Assembly: GCF_009834535.1 (NCBI RefSeq)
Contig: NC_045696.1
Location: 90,274,001 to 90,338,000 of the forward strand
Direction of reading: 5' to 3'
DNA: 64,000 nucleotides
Origin: Camelus ferus
Taxonomy: Eukaryota
The notes below the pieces were generated by a model. That model searched no databases. It saw only the letters and a program-made list of their open reading frames with translations, and had not been told where the DNA came from. Below, in pieces: positions 39,040 to 52,696 of this stretch. Position numbers and translations under genes: made by a program. How positions within the stretch are numbered: the stretch's first letter is position 1; the number at the start of each line of letters is the position of its first letter.

Positions 39040-40010
39040 ATAGTGTGCATTCTTATCTTGGACCTGGGATAAATACTAAACAGACAAACAAAAAAATGGG
39101 AGAAAAGGAAAAGCTTTTCCTTACAGTGGACACCCAACTAATAAATGTAGAAAAAACAATGGAAGTACAGCATCACAGTCTAGCAACCATCATAGTATTG
39201 ATTCAGGCAAGACTCATCAGTGGTTGCTAAAATTAGTGGGTGAAATTTTGAGGAGTGACAAGGTACATACATAGTCTCAAAGTATCTCTTCACAGACACA
39301 TATTAATTGTAAAGAGAAAAACCTTAATCACACATCACCTTAGTCAAAGTTAATATGACCAGCACTGAGATAAACTGACATCATGTGCCTCTTGACAGTA
39401 TGCACTGAAATGGATACAGCCCTCCGTAGTAGACCTACCAGAAGTTCATGCCTAAATCTAATCATGAGGAAACTTCAGACAGACCCAAACTGAGGGACAT
39501 TCTACAAAATAACTGGCCTGTACTCCTCAAAAAAGTAAATGTCATAAAAGACTAAGGAACCATTTCTGAGTAAAGCAGACCAAAGGGATGTGACCATTAA
39601 ATGCAACACGTGATCCAGAATTTCTGTAATTGTAAGGAACATTATTGAGTCAGTTGACAAAATATGAATAAGGCCTATGATTAGATAATTTATACTCTAT
39701 CACTGTCAATTTCTTGATTGACGATTGCAGTATGGTTATGAAAGAGAAAATACTTCATTTTAGAAAACACACACAGATATTTAGTGCCAACTTAGCTGCA
39801 ACTTATTTTCAAAAAGTTCCAAAAAACATGTATGTGTGTATGCACACACATATATATACTTATATATGTATGCAGAGGGAGAGAAAGAAATCAAATGTGG
39901 TAAAAATGTTAACATTTAAAAAAATTTAATGTTAATATTTGGGGGATCTGAGTACAGGATATATGGGAATTCTTTGTGCTAGTCTTACAACCTTTCTGTA
40001 AGTCTGAAAG
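39040..40010 (+). mobile_element. Old L1 (L1MC4-like) 3' UTR
   Basis: CCAAACTGAGGGACATTCTACAAAATAACTGGCCTGTACTCCTCAAAA; end TCTTACAACCTTTCTGTAAGTCTGAAA. Confidence 0.7.
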
Positions 40011-41743
40011 TATGTCCACCAGACTTTGATCTCCTGAGAGCCTCGTGCATTTTTGTATCTCAAACACCTTGTACAGGACCCAGCTTGAAAAAATGCTGAA
40101 GTAGATGGATGAGGCCTTTAAATCAGGAGGGAGTTGCACCAACTCATGGTATAGCAAGGAAAGCATACTTCTTTGGAAAAACCCATTCCTGCCTACACAG
40201 TAAACATGCTCATTCTGCCTGCATTGACCTATTATGAGTCAACCAAGTTTCACCTACTTTGTAATTACCGAGTGATGGAAAAGTGGGACTGAGTATAGGT
40301 GTAGACTTTATCATCCGGCTGGGACATGAAGCCATTGGATTGACCAGCTGGTTTCATTGGTGTGGGGATGACTGCAGCCTCTGGAGCAAAGTTAGCCCCA
40401 CTGGTAGGAGAGTAAGGATCTCTCAAAAATCTAAGTAGATTCAGCTTTCACCTGCCTTTACTTCTGCCACTTGTGCTGAGGGATGTGTGGTTCAGAACTC
40501 CCCTATCCCCATCCTATTCCGAATCCAAGCTGGGAACCACATAGTCCTCCTCAATACCTTCTTCCCCTCCCGAGTCTGCTCCACCCTCACCCCTCCCCAC
40601 CTGCAGTGTGAGTTTCTAACGTGGGATAAGAGAGGGGTGTCGGGTTCTGCTTGGGAGCACAGAATCAGTGATAAGTGAACTTGATTTCAAAGAATGAAGA
40701 AGACTGAGCAGGGAAGGGGGAGGAGACTGAAGGTATTTCAGGCAAAAGCAAGATCATATGCAAAGGCTTAGAAAGAGATTCAAAATCACATCAACAGCCG
40801 TATCAGCTTCATCCAATTCTTTGTGGAAGATGTGCCAAGGAAAGATTTTTGGAAGTCTGGTAAAAATAACTAGATTGATTTAAATCCTGGGACTAGAATT
40901 TAAGTTGGACTTTTCTGTTTATCAACTCATAAAAAATATGTTATAGTCTCTGGTCAATTTTATATAATCACAGGAATGAAACTTTGTAGATTCTTACTTG
41001 AATGAGGTACCAATTTTAAAAGAAAAATATGTGCTTTTAGCAGCATAAGATGGCCCTTATATTTTAAAGTTTAACTGGCAAAACTAGTGGCCCAGATCAT
41101 GCAAAGGCATCCACTAAGAGGTCTGGGAAGCCTTGGCTAATTCACCTACTAGTCAATCTTTTGTCCTTTTACTTTTTCTTTTCTTTTCTTTACCTTTTCT
41201 TTTCAGGCATTACCATTCATGACCTGAGAGTCTGTGTCTCCCCACACAGTTTGCCTGGTACCTTGCCTTTGACTGCCCCCCATGTGGAGAAAGCTCTTCC
41301 TTCACCTCTCAGCTCTGGGACTCAGGTAAGTTCTTATTCATTTATTAACATTTCTCTCAGCAATATATTTGCAAGGAAGTCCACTCTGAATATTTACATT
41401 TTTTTGCCCAGAATATAAAATTCACTTACATATAAGGAACAACAGCATGACATAAAGTTGAAATGTTGTCTTTATAAAGCATAATTTTAAGAGTTGCTTG
41501 AAATAGAAGTGCTTTTTTCAAAAAGAAGATATTCACTATGTGGGCTCATTGCAGATTTCTGCACCTTAATTTTCTCATCAGTGAAAATTATATTTGGGAC
41601 TTGCATACTTTATTGGGATACCAGTGTTATAGTAGGATTTTTAAGCATGTCCATGTCCTCATATGAAAAAAAAAGTATGAGCAATAAATACTAGTCTTAA
41701 TGTCTTTTGGATACAAAGTCGTGAATCTAAAATAATTAAAGCC

Positions 41744-42700
41744 TATATAGCTTAATAACAAAAAAAAATCAACACAATCCAAAAATGGGCAGAAGACCTA
41801 AACAAGCAATTCTCCAAAGAAATACAAATGATAATAGGCACGTGAAAAAATGCTCAATATCACTAATTATCAGAGAAATGCAAATCAAAACTACAGTGAG
41901 GTATCACCTCACACCAGTCAGAATGGCCATCACTCAAAAGTCCACAAATGACAAATGCTAGAGAGGCTGTGGAGAAAAGGGAACCCTCCTTCACTGCTAG
42001 TGGGAATGCAGTTTGGTGCAGCCACTGTGGAAAACAGTATGGAGATTCCTCAAAAGACTAGGAATAGACTTACCGTATGACCCAGGAATCCCACTCCTGG
42101 GCATATATCCAGAAGGAACCCTACTTCAAAAAGACACCTGCACCATGATGTTCATAGCAGCACTATTTACAATAGCCAAGACATGGAAACAGCCTAAATG
42201 TCCATCAACAGAAGAGCAGATAAAGAAGAGGTGATATATTTATACAGTGGAATACTATTTAGCCATAAAAACCGACAACATAGCACCATTTGCAGCAACA
42301 TGGATATCCCTGGAGAATGTCATTCTAGGTGAAGTAAGCCAGAAAGAGAAAGAGAACTACCATATGAGATCGCTCATATGTGGCATCTAAAAAAAAAAAA
42401 AGAAAACATAAATACAAAACAGAAACAGACTCATTGACATAGGATACAAACTTGTGGTTGCCAATGGGGCAGGGAGTGGGAAGGAACAGACTGGGATTTC
42501 AAAATGTAGAATAGATAAACAAGATTATACTGTATAGCACAGGGAAATATGTATAAGATTTTGTGATAGCTCACAGAGAAAAAAATGTGACAATGAATAT
42601 ATGTATGTTCATGTATAACTGGAAAATTGTGCTCTACACTGGAATTTGACACAACATTGTAAAATGACTATAACTCAATAAAAAAAAAAGTTTAAAAAAA
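41744..42700 (+). mobile_element. 5'-truncated young L1 (camelid-type 3' UTR)
   Basis: ORF2 C-terminus [32 protein letters not shown]; near-identical to 57950-58890; poly(A) end. Confidence 0.95.
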
Positions 42701-43400
42701 AACTAAAAGTAGACCTACAATATGATTCAGCAATCCCATTTGTGGGTATATATCTGGAGGGAACTCTAATTTGAAAAGAACATGCACCCCAGTGATCATA
42801 GCAGCACTATTTATAATAGTCAAGACATGGAAACAACCTAAATGTTCATCAACAGATGACTGGATAAAAAAAGTTGTGGTATATTTATATAGTCAAAGAC
42901 TACTCAGCCATAAAAAAGGACAAAATAATGCCATTTGCAGCAACATGGATGGACCTAGAGATCGTAATTCTAAATGAAGTAAGCCAGAAAAAGAAATAAA
43001 AATACTGTATGATATCACTCATATGTGGAATCTAAAAAAAGGAAAAAAGACACAAATGAACTTATTTACAAAACAGAAACAGACTCACAGACATAGAAAA
43101 CAAACTTATGGTTACCAGGGGAGAAGGGGGTGGAAAGCGATAAATTGGGAAGTTCAAGATTTTCAGATACTAACTGCTGTGTATAAAATAGATATACAAG
43201 TTTCTTCTGTATAGCACAGGGAACCCATTCAATATCTTGTGATGAAAAAGAATATGAAAACGAATATATGTATGTATATGTATGACTGAAACATGTTGTA
43301 CATCAGAAATTGACACATTGGAAACTGACAACTTCAATATATAAATAAATAAATACATAAATACATGCATACATACATGCATACATACATACATACATAA
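42701..43400 (+). mobile_element. Second, older L1 3' fragment with a (TAAA)n/(TACA)n tail
   Basis: TCTPVIIAALFIIVKTWKQPKCSS ORF2 end and a different 3' UTR; microsatellite 43340-43400. Confidence 0.9.
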
Positions 43401-44799
43401 AGCCAAAGAGCAGTCTTTATGGATCAGAACCTCTGCAGCCAAACTTTTTTTCAAAGGTCTGAAATAATGTTTGCATGCTCTATAAATAATGCTTTTTATT
43501 ATATAGCAAAATACGTAAGAACCACTTAGATTTATTTTATACACTGCTAGTGGAATAATTCTGTTGTTTCCCTCATTTGTTTATAGCAAACTCGAGTCCT
43601 GAAGGTGCAGCGTAAATAATTCACTGGAGTTACAATACAAATCAGTGAGTGAACAAAGATTAAACAGTAAAGTACTGTGTAACTGACTTCAAACCATGGC
43701 TTAAAAGAAGGAAAGGGATTGCAAAAGATATTACATGGTTTATATGTATGACTATTACACTGCATGAAAAATTTCATTAAGAATGCAAAAAGTCTATGGA
43801 AATATTGGAAATATGTGAGGCAATATGACCAAACAATAATAAAAAGATACACAATACAGAATTACAAAATGACGAGGAAAAGATAAAAAAAAATGAACAC
43901 CCAAACCAGCCCTTGGAAAAGCAGCATTCGAGATTAAATATGGGCATGCCCGTACAGAAGAACAGGAGATTTCCCACTGGGAAGAATGAAAAATGGGAAG
44001 GGGAGAGTTCTTACACCTCAGAGCTCAGAGCCTCTGATCCTCCAAACCCAGCTTGACCACTAGAGCTTTAAGTACATGTGTAAGAGTAAATACGTGTGTT
44101 TCCATTCATACACAGACCCCCAGACTGGCACATTCTTATTATTATCTGTTTTGAAAACTAGAGAGAAGGGACCTGACCCCAAAGATGCTAAATTGGTGAA
44201 TATGTCAGGATAAAGAGGAGAAAGGCTAGCATACTGAGAACGAAGATAGGTACAATGCCTAGGATGAAATGCCGTCCATAATTGCCCCAAATTTCTAGCA
44301 CCAATGATTACATTTATGCCCTACAGACTTCAATTTTTAGTAAAGATATGTCTCTCTTACTATGAATGTTAACTATGTACACATTTATCTTGCAGTCTGT
44401 TTCTGTTTTTCTCTGTCTGTATGTGTCCAGCTACGCATTCATCTATATGCCTACTGCTACCTATACATTTATCTATTTATCTACCATAGTTGTGGAAATC
44501 TGTTTCACAGCCTAATTGCAAAAATAAACTCACCATATTTTTCCTCCTTCATAACAGGTGGAGGGAGTCAGGAAAGAACAGGCAATATTATATTTTCTAA
44601 TTAGAAAAATTTAAAGTAACTCTCTTGGTAAAAGAAAAAATGTACACGTATATATACATACATATGAATAGAAACAATGGAAAAATGTGCACATGTTGAT
44701 GACTTACATATTGAGGAAGAGAAAGACAAAGGATGAGGAAATATTTTAAGAAAGAGTTAAGCTGTTAGAGGAACAGCCATAGGAAGTGTATATGGACAG

Positions 44800-45030
44800 T
44801 CTTGAGGCAGGTTATGCATTTACTGTCTCAGCTCCAGTTCATCTTTTTCACCTAGCCCAATGGTTTAAATATGCTTCCTTTGCCAACTGGCGCCATGTTA
44901 TGCTTTGTCAGTAGGCGGCGCAAGAGAGACATCTCAGGCAGGAAGGTTTTGTCTCCAGCTCTCCTGTGCTCACTGCAGGGCTTCTGATGTGTGCAAAGCC
45001 TTTCCAGCTCCCAGTTCCTGCAGCACAGGT
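44800..45030 (+). mobile_element. ERVL LTR relic (LTR41/LTR33-like)
   Basis: TCCTTTGCCAACTGG...TGTCAGTAGGCGGCGC resembles the remembered LTR41/LTR33 consensus. Confidence 0.5.
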
Positions 45031-45736
45031 GGATTTTATTTTCAAGGAAAAATATTAAGAAACCTGTAGCTTAATAGAAGAAAGAAATACAGTACTACTA
45101 TAAAAATTGTACTATAACAAGACTTCAGCAAAGGTACCTCTGAAATTCAAAGTGAAAAGAAGAAAAAGAATGAGAAAAAAATAAATTAGATTAAATTAAA
45201 TTGAATTAAATTTAAATGGCCATCCTTTTGGAAGAACAAGAATAGAAAGGGAAATATGGGCATACCTTTACAGAAGCAGGGCAGATTTTACAATTTGGGA
45301 AGAAGTAATGTCTTCCCTACTCTAAGTTTGAAATTTAAATCAACACACACCCATATCAAACAGATCAGTGTAAAATCTTGGAGTAAACAAACTTACTAGA
45401 CTCTGGTCCACCTGCTGCTATCTGTTCAAGCGTAATTTGTCTGTAAACACTAGAAGTGGCAGAGTCAATGTGTGATTCAGTTCACACATCTAAACCCAGA
45501 CACATACTTGTATTATCTGCTTCAGATATCTGTCTGTCTCTCTAGAGGAATGACTGCCCCAAATAGATTGTCTTAGTTTGTCAGGAGGGCTGACCCACAG
45601 AGGACAAAGACAGGTATCACACCTGGCTTGAAATGCCTTCCTCATCTATCTCTACTATTCCTGATTCACCACGAATTTCTAGTATGAAAAGTTTAAATGA
45701 TCTCCTGGATTAGGCCAAAAAAACAGCATTGATACA

Positions 45737-45849
45737 TTTTGGTTTCCCTCTCTTTCTTTTCTTCTTCAAGTGGAGGTACTGGGAATCAAACCAAGTACCT
45801 CGCGCGTGCTCAGCGTGTACTCCACCAACTGAGCTATACCCCAACCCCC
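45737..45849 (-). mobile_element. tRNA-derived SINE (Vic-1-like, camelid) with a 14-bp TSD
   Basis: Minus strand reads GGGGTATAGCTCAGTTGGTGGAG...GGTTTGATTCCCAGTACCTCCA (A and B boxes). ACAGCATTGATACA is repeated at 45723-45736 and 45850-45863. Confidence 0.9.
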
Positions 45850-48800
45850 ACAGCATTGATACAGATGTCAATCATTAGAAATAGTTTCTCTCTGCCTAAT
45901 GATCTATCCTGAAAAGTGCTGCGTATCAGTTCATATAGATCTTACTCTTTCTTTTCTTATCCCTGCATAGTACTGTATTGTATGTGTGTACCACAGTTTT
46001 TTCAACCACTTTCCTATATTGGGGCATTTGTTCAGTTTTCAATACTTTGTAATTATAAATCATATTATAATAAATAACCTTGTACATATGTATTTTTATA
46101 TTGTCAAAAGTTTGTCTTCAGGCTGAAGTGTGATTGCTGGGTCAAATGATAAATGCATACGTGGTTTTGTTAAGTGTTGCCAAATTTCCAAATTTCCCTT
46201 TAGAGGGTTTGTAACATTTTGTGTCGTGAAAATACCTGTTTTCTCATATTTGTAAAGCTTTTGAATTTTTGCCAACCTGGATTAGCATATGTGGCATAGA
46301 TTTACAAAAATAGCATGAAGAAATGTATACAATCATGGATGTAAGTTTGTAAAGGTAGGAATCATTTGCCTTTGGATAGATGTATTCAGCTATGTGGATC
46401 ATCTGTCTTCGACTGTTCTCTTTTTTTGTCAATTATCAGAGTTAAGCTCTCTCTCTCTTTCTCATAGTCACTAAAACTGGCCAGTGGATGTCACTCTAGT
46501 GCTGCTTTAAGGGATAGATTCTAGTACAGCCTGCTCAGGTTTTTTGTTTGTTTGTTTTTGGATAATGACTCTCTTTAGAAACCTACTCCCTGTGTTTATT
46601 AGATAAACTAGGCAAGAGTTTCCAAGAGACAAATCTTTTTTTGAAAAGCCCATATTAACATGCTTAAGAGGAGGGAGCTTTTTGAAAGGCTAAATTCAGC
46701 ATGTTCTGATTTAAGTAGTGTGTGATAGGTTTGATCTGATAACTCAAATTACCTAACTTAAGAACAAAATTTGTAAGCAATGAGAACTAAACCATGATCA
46801 TGTGGCTCTTTAATGTATGTAGATGTTAACAGCTTGGTGTTTTTGTCCTTGATGAAGTGTCCTGCACAGCCTTAGAGATCTAGAGGGCGGGTCTGCCTGC
46901 ACTCCTCCAGACCCCTGTCCAGCCAAGGGCAGTGACTTTTTCACTTAAAACAGTCTTCGAACATGAAATGCAGATCTCTTAGCTTTGCTTTTAGAGTTTC
47001 TCCCCAAACACTACCCTCATCAAATTGATCTTTAAATGAATTCCTAACATATTTATACTTTTTTTAAACCTTGGCAAGGATGAATCTTAAGGACTAGGAA
47101 ATCCTAGAATTGATTACCTCATGGATTAAAGGGAAAGAGAAATCTTAACAAATCTAGGATATTAAACTGTAAGTCTTTAACATTCATTATTCTTCAAAAA
47201 GCAGATAATTTTCAAATCTAAAAGAAAAAGTTAAGTTCACAGAATACACCTGTATTATTTGTCATCAATATCAGGCATATTTGTTATCAAAATTAATTAA
47301 ATGACATATAGATGTTATTTTTCAATAGATATTTTATCAGGAGAGTTCCAGCAGAAAAAGGATAGTATACTCAAATTAGGATATATCAAAAAAGGTTCTA
47401 AGAGTCTTAATAAAGACCACAAAATGTTAGTTGAGAATAGCCCAACTTCCCATTCTAGAATAAGGTCAATATTCAGTAAACATAACCATGATTAATAAAA
47501 CTAACAATAAATGATACACATTGAGTTCTGATGTCAACAGTTAAGTCTCTCCAGATGAGAGCCCTTAGCCATGTGTGGCTAAGAAGTCATCTCCATTCTG
47601 AATCTCTCCACACTGGGGAAGTTCTGCCATGTTGTCACTTGCTAGCTGGGTTCTATTTGGGTCTTAGAGCCTTTGTTCCACTTGCCAGGCCATCCTGAGT
47701 TCTGGCTTATGCTCTTGTTCCAAGTCACCCGCAGTGCAGTCTTCACGAGGGAGTTCTCAGGAGCACCCTCTTCCTTCCGCTGTGCTTACTAAGCGTCCAT
47801 CATTCATCATGTGTGACCACAGGACTGTCTCCCTGTGCTCGTGAGCCCCTGTGGCTTTTGTGTGTCTCTCATTTGAGCATTATGAATTTTCTGTCTGTGG
47901 CTCCTCTGTGCTCCCCACAAGCAGTTATGGAGGGAAAGGTTTTCAAATCTGCTCCATAAATATTGGGCTTTTTTTTAAAGGACAGATTAAAGTGTATGGA
48001 TAGCAGAGGGTGACAGTGAACTTAGAAGAGTTACCACTTTATTACCTCCCATTTCTTGAGCAAGAGTTCCACTAAGTCTGCCTAGCAGCCTCGAATTTAG
48101 GAGTTGAACATGAAAATCACTCACAGCTGTTTGACAGGAATAGCATTTCACCTAGAACTTTTGAAAATTTTGCAAAAGCTGAAATTGAAAATTGGCTAAG
48201 AGTTCCTGAAGAATCTATTGCAATTCTAGTCTGCTGATGCATTGCCGTGAGCAGGTCAGGGCAATCTAGGCATTCTATTTCTTCCAATAAATACACATCT
48301 GCCACTAATTGTACGTATGCAATGATAGTTAACACTAATAATAATAAATATGTAATAATAATAGTTGAGTGCTTGCTGTGTGCCGAGTGTTGTTTTAAGC
48401 ACTTACTTATCTTACGTAGTCCTCATAGCAACTCACTGAGGTAGGTACTCTTAGTATCCTCACATTATGGATGATGAATTTCCAGCTATGTAAGTAGGAA
48501 AAGGCAGAATGAGGAAACTGTAAGTAAGCCAGAGAGTTCTGGGGAACATGGGAACTCTACCAGAGCAGGCTGGGTGGGTCAGCCCCATTGGCCCCACACA
48601 ATACCCAGGCAAACAGAGTGTCCCTCCGTATGTAGCCTGATAGAGGCTCCATCTAGTGCCCCATCCGGGGGAGAGGAAGCCTCCCAGTGACCTAGCCATT
48701 AGACTGAGCTGGTAAAGAGGTAAAACCAGAAACAGTAAACCGAGGCGGGGCTTATTGTGCCCAGGACCTGAGGGCAGAGGCAGGGAGAAAGACTGTATCT

Positions 48801-49364
48801 CTATTTTGAATAAATAAGACAACCTCCCCCTTGTGCTCGTGGTGCCCTGGGCCATGCTGCAGCTTGTGGTGGCCTCTCTTGGGAGGCTCCCTGGATGGAA
48901 ATAGGCACAAGTAATTCATCCTCTCTGTGTGTCCAGGGAAGGCAGCAGGCAGCTTGCGAAAGACTGGGCAATGGTCCTACTTCATGTTTAATTTCATGCC
49001 TCTTAGGGGGTGTGTCAGAAGTGGCCCACTGTGTCCTCCACAGGCACGTAGCATTGCTGCCCATGCCAGCCCAACTTCCAGCTGCAGCTCTTTGCTTCAG
49101 GGCAGGCTGTGGCCACCAGAGGCTACTGGGCTCATGCACAGGGTAGGCTAGAAGTTCCAGATAATTACTGCCAACTTGGGAGTTAGTGGATAATATCACA
49201 TCCCCCTTGCCACGTAAGTAGATAATTCTGAAGCATGTTCTATACTTGTTCCAAATTCCCTAGAAAAATTTTGCCCCATTTGCCCACTCTGGTAATTGAT
49301 TTGATAATATATCCCTTTAAGGTCATCAGCCCATCCCTTCTTACTCTCTCCTAGGATCACCTCC

Positions 49365-49670
49365 TGTGTTGGGTTTCTCCAAGATCACCCCCAGGTTCAA
49401 TGATTCTGTAGGAGGACTCACAACTCAGCCTATAGTCAGCCTTGCGGTTATGACTGATTACAGCTGAAGGACACAAAGCAAACTCAGCAAAGGACAGGTG
49501 CATGGGGTGAAGTCCAGAGGAGCAGGAACAAGCTTCCAAGAGTCCTCTCGCAGCAAATCACACAGATGTGCTTAATTCCGCCAGCAACAAGTTGTGACAG
49601 TGTGTGTGAAATGCCGTCTGCCAGGGAAACTCATGAGAGATTCAGTGCCCAAAGTCTTTCATGAGAGGTG
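49365..49670 (-). mobile_element. MER21-like LTR fragment
   Basis: TGTGTTGGGTTTCTCCAAGATCACCCCCAGGTTCAATGATTC...GGAGGACTCACA matches the MER21 terminus. Confidence 0.65.
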
Positions 49671-49679
49671 GAGAGATGT

Positions 49680-50800
49680 GCCATTTACTTTGTGAATTGT
49701 CTGTTCACATCTGTTCCCCATTTTAAAAAAATTGAGTTCTTTGTGTTCCCAATATTTAGTTGTAAGAGGTTTTTTTGTCTTTTTTAAAATTTAATTATAT
49801 TTTTTAAACATTTTTTATTGAGTTATAGTCATTTTGCAATGTTGTGTCAAATTCCAGTGTAGAGCACAATTTTTCAATTATACATGAACATACGTATATT
49901 CATTTTCACATTTTTTTCACTGTAAGAGTTTTTTTAATATATATTTAGGATATAAGTCCTTCAATCAGATTATATTTTGTAAATAATGTTTCCCAGTCTG
50001 TGGCTTGCATTTTTATTTCCTTAATGAAGTCTTTTTAGACAGTATTGACATACAACTCACATACCATACAATTCAACCATTTAATGTGTACAAGTCAATG
50101 GATTTTAGTAGTCGCAGAGTTGTGCAGCCATACCACCCTCTAATTCTGGAACATTTCAACACTCCAGAAGGAAACCCTATACACATTAGCATTCATTCTC
50201 CATTTCCCCTTACTACCCCCACCAACCAGGCCCTCAGGAACTACTAACATATTTCCTGTTTGGAACATTTCATACAAACAGAATCATACAATATGTGGCA
50301 TATTATGATTAGCTCCTTTCATTTCGTAAAATGTTTTCAGGTTTCATCCGGTTGTACCATGTATCAGTACTTCATTCCTTGTAATTGCCAAATAATAGTC
50401 CATTGTGTGACTACACAACATTTTCTTTATCTTTTCATCACTTGATGGACATTTGAATTGTTTCCACTTTTTGGCTATTATGAATAAGGTTGCTATGAAC
50501 ATTCGTATACAAGTTTCTGTGGACATACGTTTTCAGTTTTCACTAGTAATGTATAAGGGTTTCAGTTTCTCCATATCCTTGCCAGTATTTCTTATTGTCT
50601 TGTCTTTTTTCTTATAGCCACCTTAGTGGGTGTGAAGCCATATTTCTTTGCTTTGCATTTCCTGATGATTAATGGTATTGGGGAATCTTCTCATGCTGAT
50701 TACACTTCGTAAATCTTCTCTGGAGAAATATGTTCTTTTCAGATCCTTTGCCCATTTTGAATTGAATTCCCTTTTTTTATTGGACAGAATGAATAGTTTT
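49680..50800 (-). mobile_element. Old L1 (L1MB-like) antisense fragments
   Basis: Minus peptide CIRMFIATLFIIAKKWKQFKCPS; CATACAACTCACATACCATACAATTCA 3' UTR motif. Confidence 0.8.
49777..49920 (-). mobile_element. Very short young L1 3' end inserted into older L1, with TSD
   Basis: TTTTTATTGAGTTATAGTCATTTTGCAATGTTGTGTCAAATTCCAGTGTAGAGCAC is the reverse complement of the young L1 3' end. It is flanked by TGTAAGAG(G)TTTTTTT at about 49761 and 49921. Confidence 0.85.
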
Positions 50801-51389
50801 ACCCATTCTTTTCTGGTTATATGGACTATCCCAAAATTTAGTGGTTTAAGCAATAACCAATTGATACTATGCAGAGGGGAAGATAATTGGGGGAAGTCTT
50901 ATGAAAACATAAGGGATTATTATTAATTTTTCTCCAATTCCAGCTACTAACTTGGAAAGAAGTAAAATATTGTCTAATAATGCACTAATGGTACAATTCT
51001 GAGCAATTGTAATCCTGGCCAATGTCTAACCAGCAATGGTACACTCGAAAGTGAAATCACCTACCAGAGAAGAAACTGGGTGTAAATCCCCCTCCCCTGT
51101 GTCCAGATGAGGCAAGCCACGGCAGCCCTTTCCCCCTGTGAAAGAAGAATATGGAAAATATGACATCAGGGCAGGATGACACGGGGGAAATAGAGACAGG
51201 GAGAAAGGTAGCTCATTCATTCCTTCCCCACAAAGACCTGTGACTCCCAGGCCTCTTAGATCCTGTCAGACACACCTGCTTGGCTCAAGGATGATGCAGG
51301 TTCTAGCCTGGCCCTATTACTAACTTCTTTGTCACCTTGGACAAGTCAACTTCACCCCCCTGGGCTTCAATTTTCTTATTTTTACCCAC

Positions 51390-51975
51390 CAGCTTAATTG
51401 CAATATGATTGACAAATAAAAATAGCATATATTTAAGGTATACAATATGATGTTTTGATATATATATATACATTGTGAAACTGTTACTACAATCAAGCTA
51501 CTTATTATATTCAGTACCTCATAGTTATCATTGTGCATGTGTGATGAAAACACTTGAAATCTACTCTACTTTTTAAAAAATCAAATTTCAGCTAGTGCAT
51601 TATTATTGACCGTAGTTACCATACCATACATTGGGTCTTCAGAACTGATTCGTCTGATAACTGAAAGTTTATACTGTGTGGTCAGTATCTCCCATTTTCT
51701 CCTACTCCCACCCCAGCCTCTGGTTCTCAACTATCTTTCTACTCTGCACTACTGTAAGTTCCACATATAAATGACACCATGGGATATTTGTCTTTCTCTG
51801 GCTAATTCACTTAGCATAACATCCTCCAGCCTCATCCATGTTGTTGCAAATGGCAGGATTTCCTTGTTTTCATGGCTGAATAATACTCCATTTTATACAT
51901 CTCATGTTTTCTTCAACTGTCAATGAACACTTAGGTTGTTTCCATATCTTGGCTACTGTGAATAATGCTGCAATA
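51390..51975 (-). mobile_element. L1MA-like 3' UTR, antisense
   Basis: TATTTAAGGTATACAATATGATGTTTTGA...CATCCATGTTGTTGCAAATGGCAGGATTTCC. Confidence 0.8.
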
Positions 51976-52048
51976 TAAAATAAGGAAATTTATCTGGGGC
52001 TAAATGTATTTTTTTCCGGTTTTAAAATGGTATGACCCAAAGGCAGTA

Positions 52049-52182
52049 CAGTCAGCCCTCCATACTTGCAGGTTCCACACCCGCAGGTTCGAAGGGCCAA
52101 CTGCAAGACTTGAGCATCCATGGATTTTTGTATTCTTGGCAGGTCCCAGAACCAATCTCCCACAGATACTGAGGGAGGACTG
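52049..52182. mobile_element. Tigger/MER2-like MITE with TA target duplication
   Basis: TA|CAGTCAGCCCTCC ... GAGGGAGGACTG|TA imperfect terminal inverted repeats. Confidence 0.75.
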
Positions 52183-52696
52183 TAGTTACTAACCCCTATT
52201 AGTAAAACAGGTTGAATGCACCTAATATATACATATTTATTTAGATTCAAGATGTATACATGTATCAGAGTACTAGGACCTTATTATAATGAACACACAC
52301 ACACACAAATTTTAAAAGATGAGATTTTTTAATGAAATAATATTTTAAATATGTTGTTAGTTGGGATATTCTATATGCCATTATCAATATCTCAAGCCAC
52401 AATATAGACTTTGTTGATAAGGACAGTGAATTTGAATCCATTTTTTAGATAGTATTCTTAATCTTAAAGTTTTGTGTGTTGATTTTTTTGGTTGGGTTTT
52501 TTGTAGCTGTGTTTTCTTTTTTTCTCCTGCTTGGAGAAAGAGGCATGTCGGCTAGTTTCTTTCTTCTTCATTTGTTCCTGCCATGTTATTTAGCTGAGAG
52601 TCAACAAATCACACTCACCTCCTACCCACCTGTGTTGTAAGACAGAGCAGTCAGAGATGGAGACCAGGTTGATAGATGTTACACTCAGTGGCCTTA

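Noticed and set aside
45770..45845. Possible tRNA gene
   Set aside because: Has a TSD, a tail and degraded stems, so it is a SINE copy
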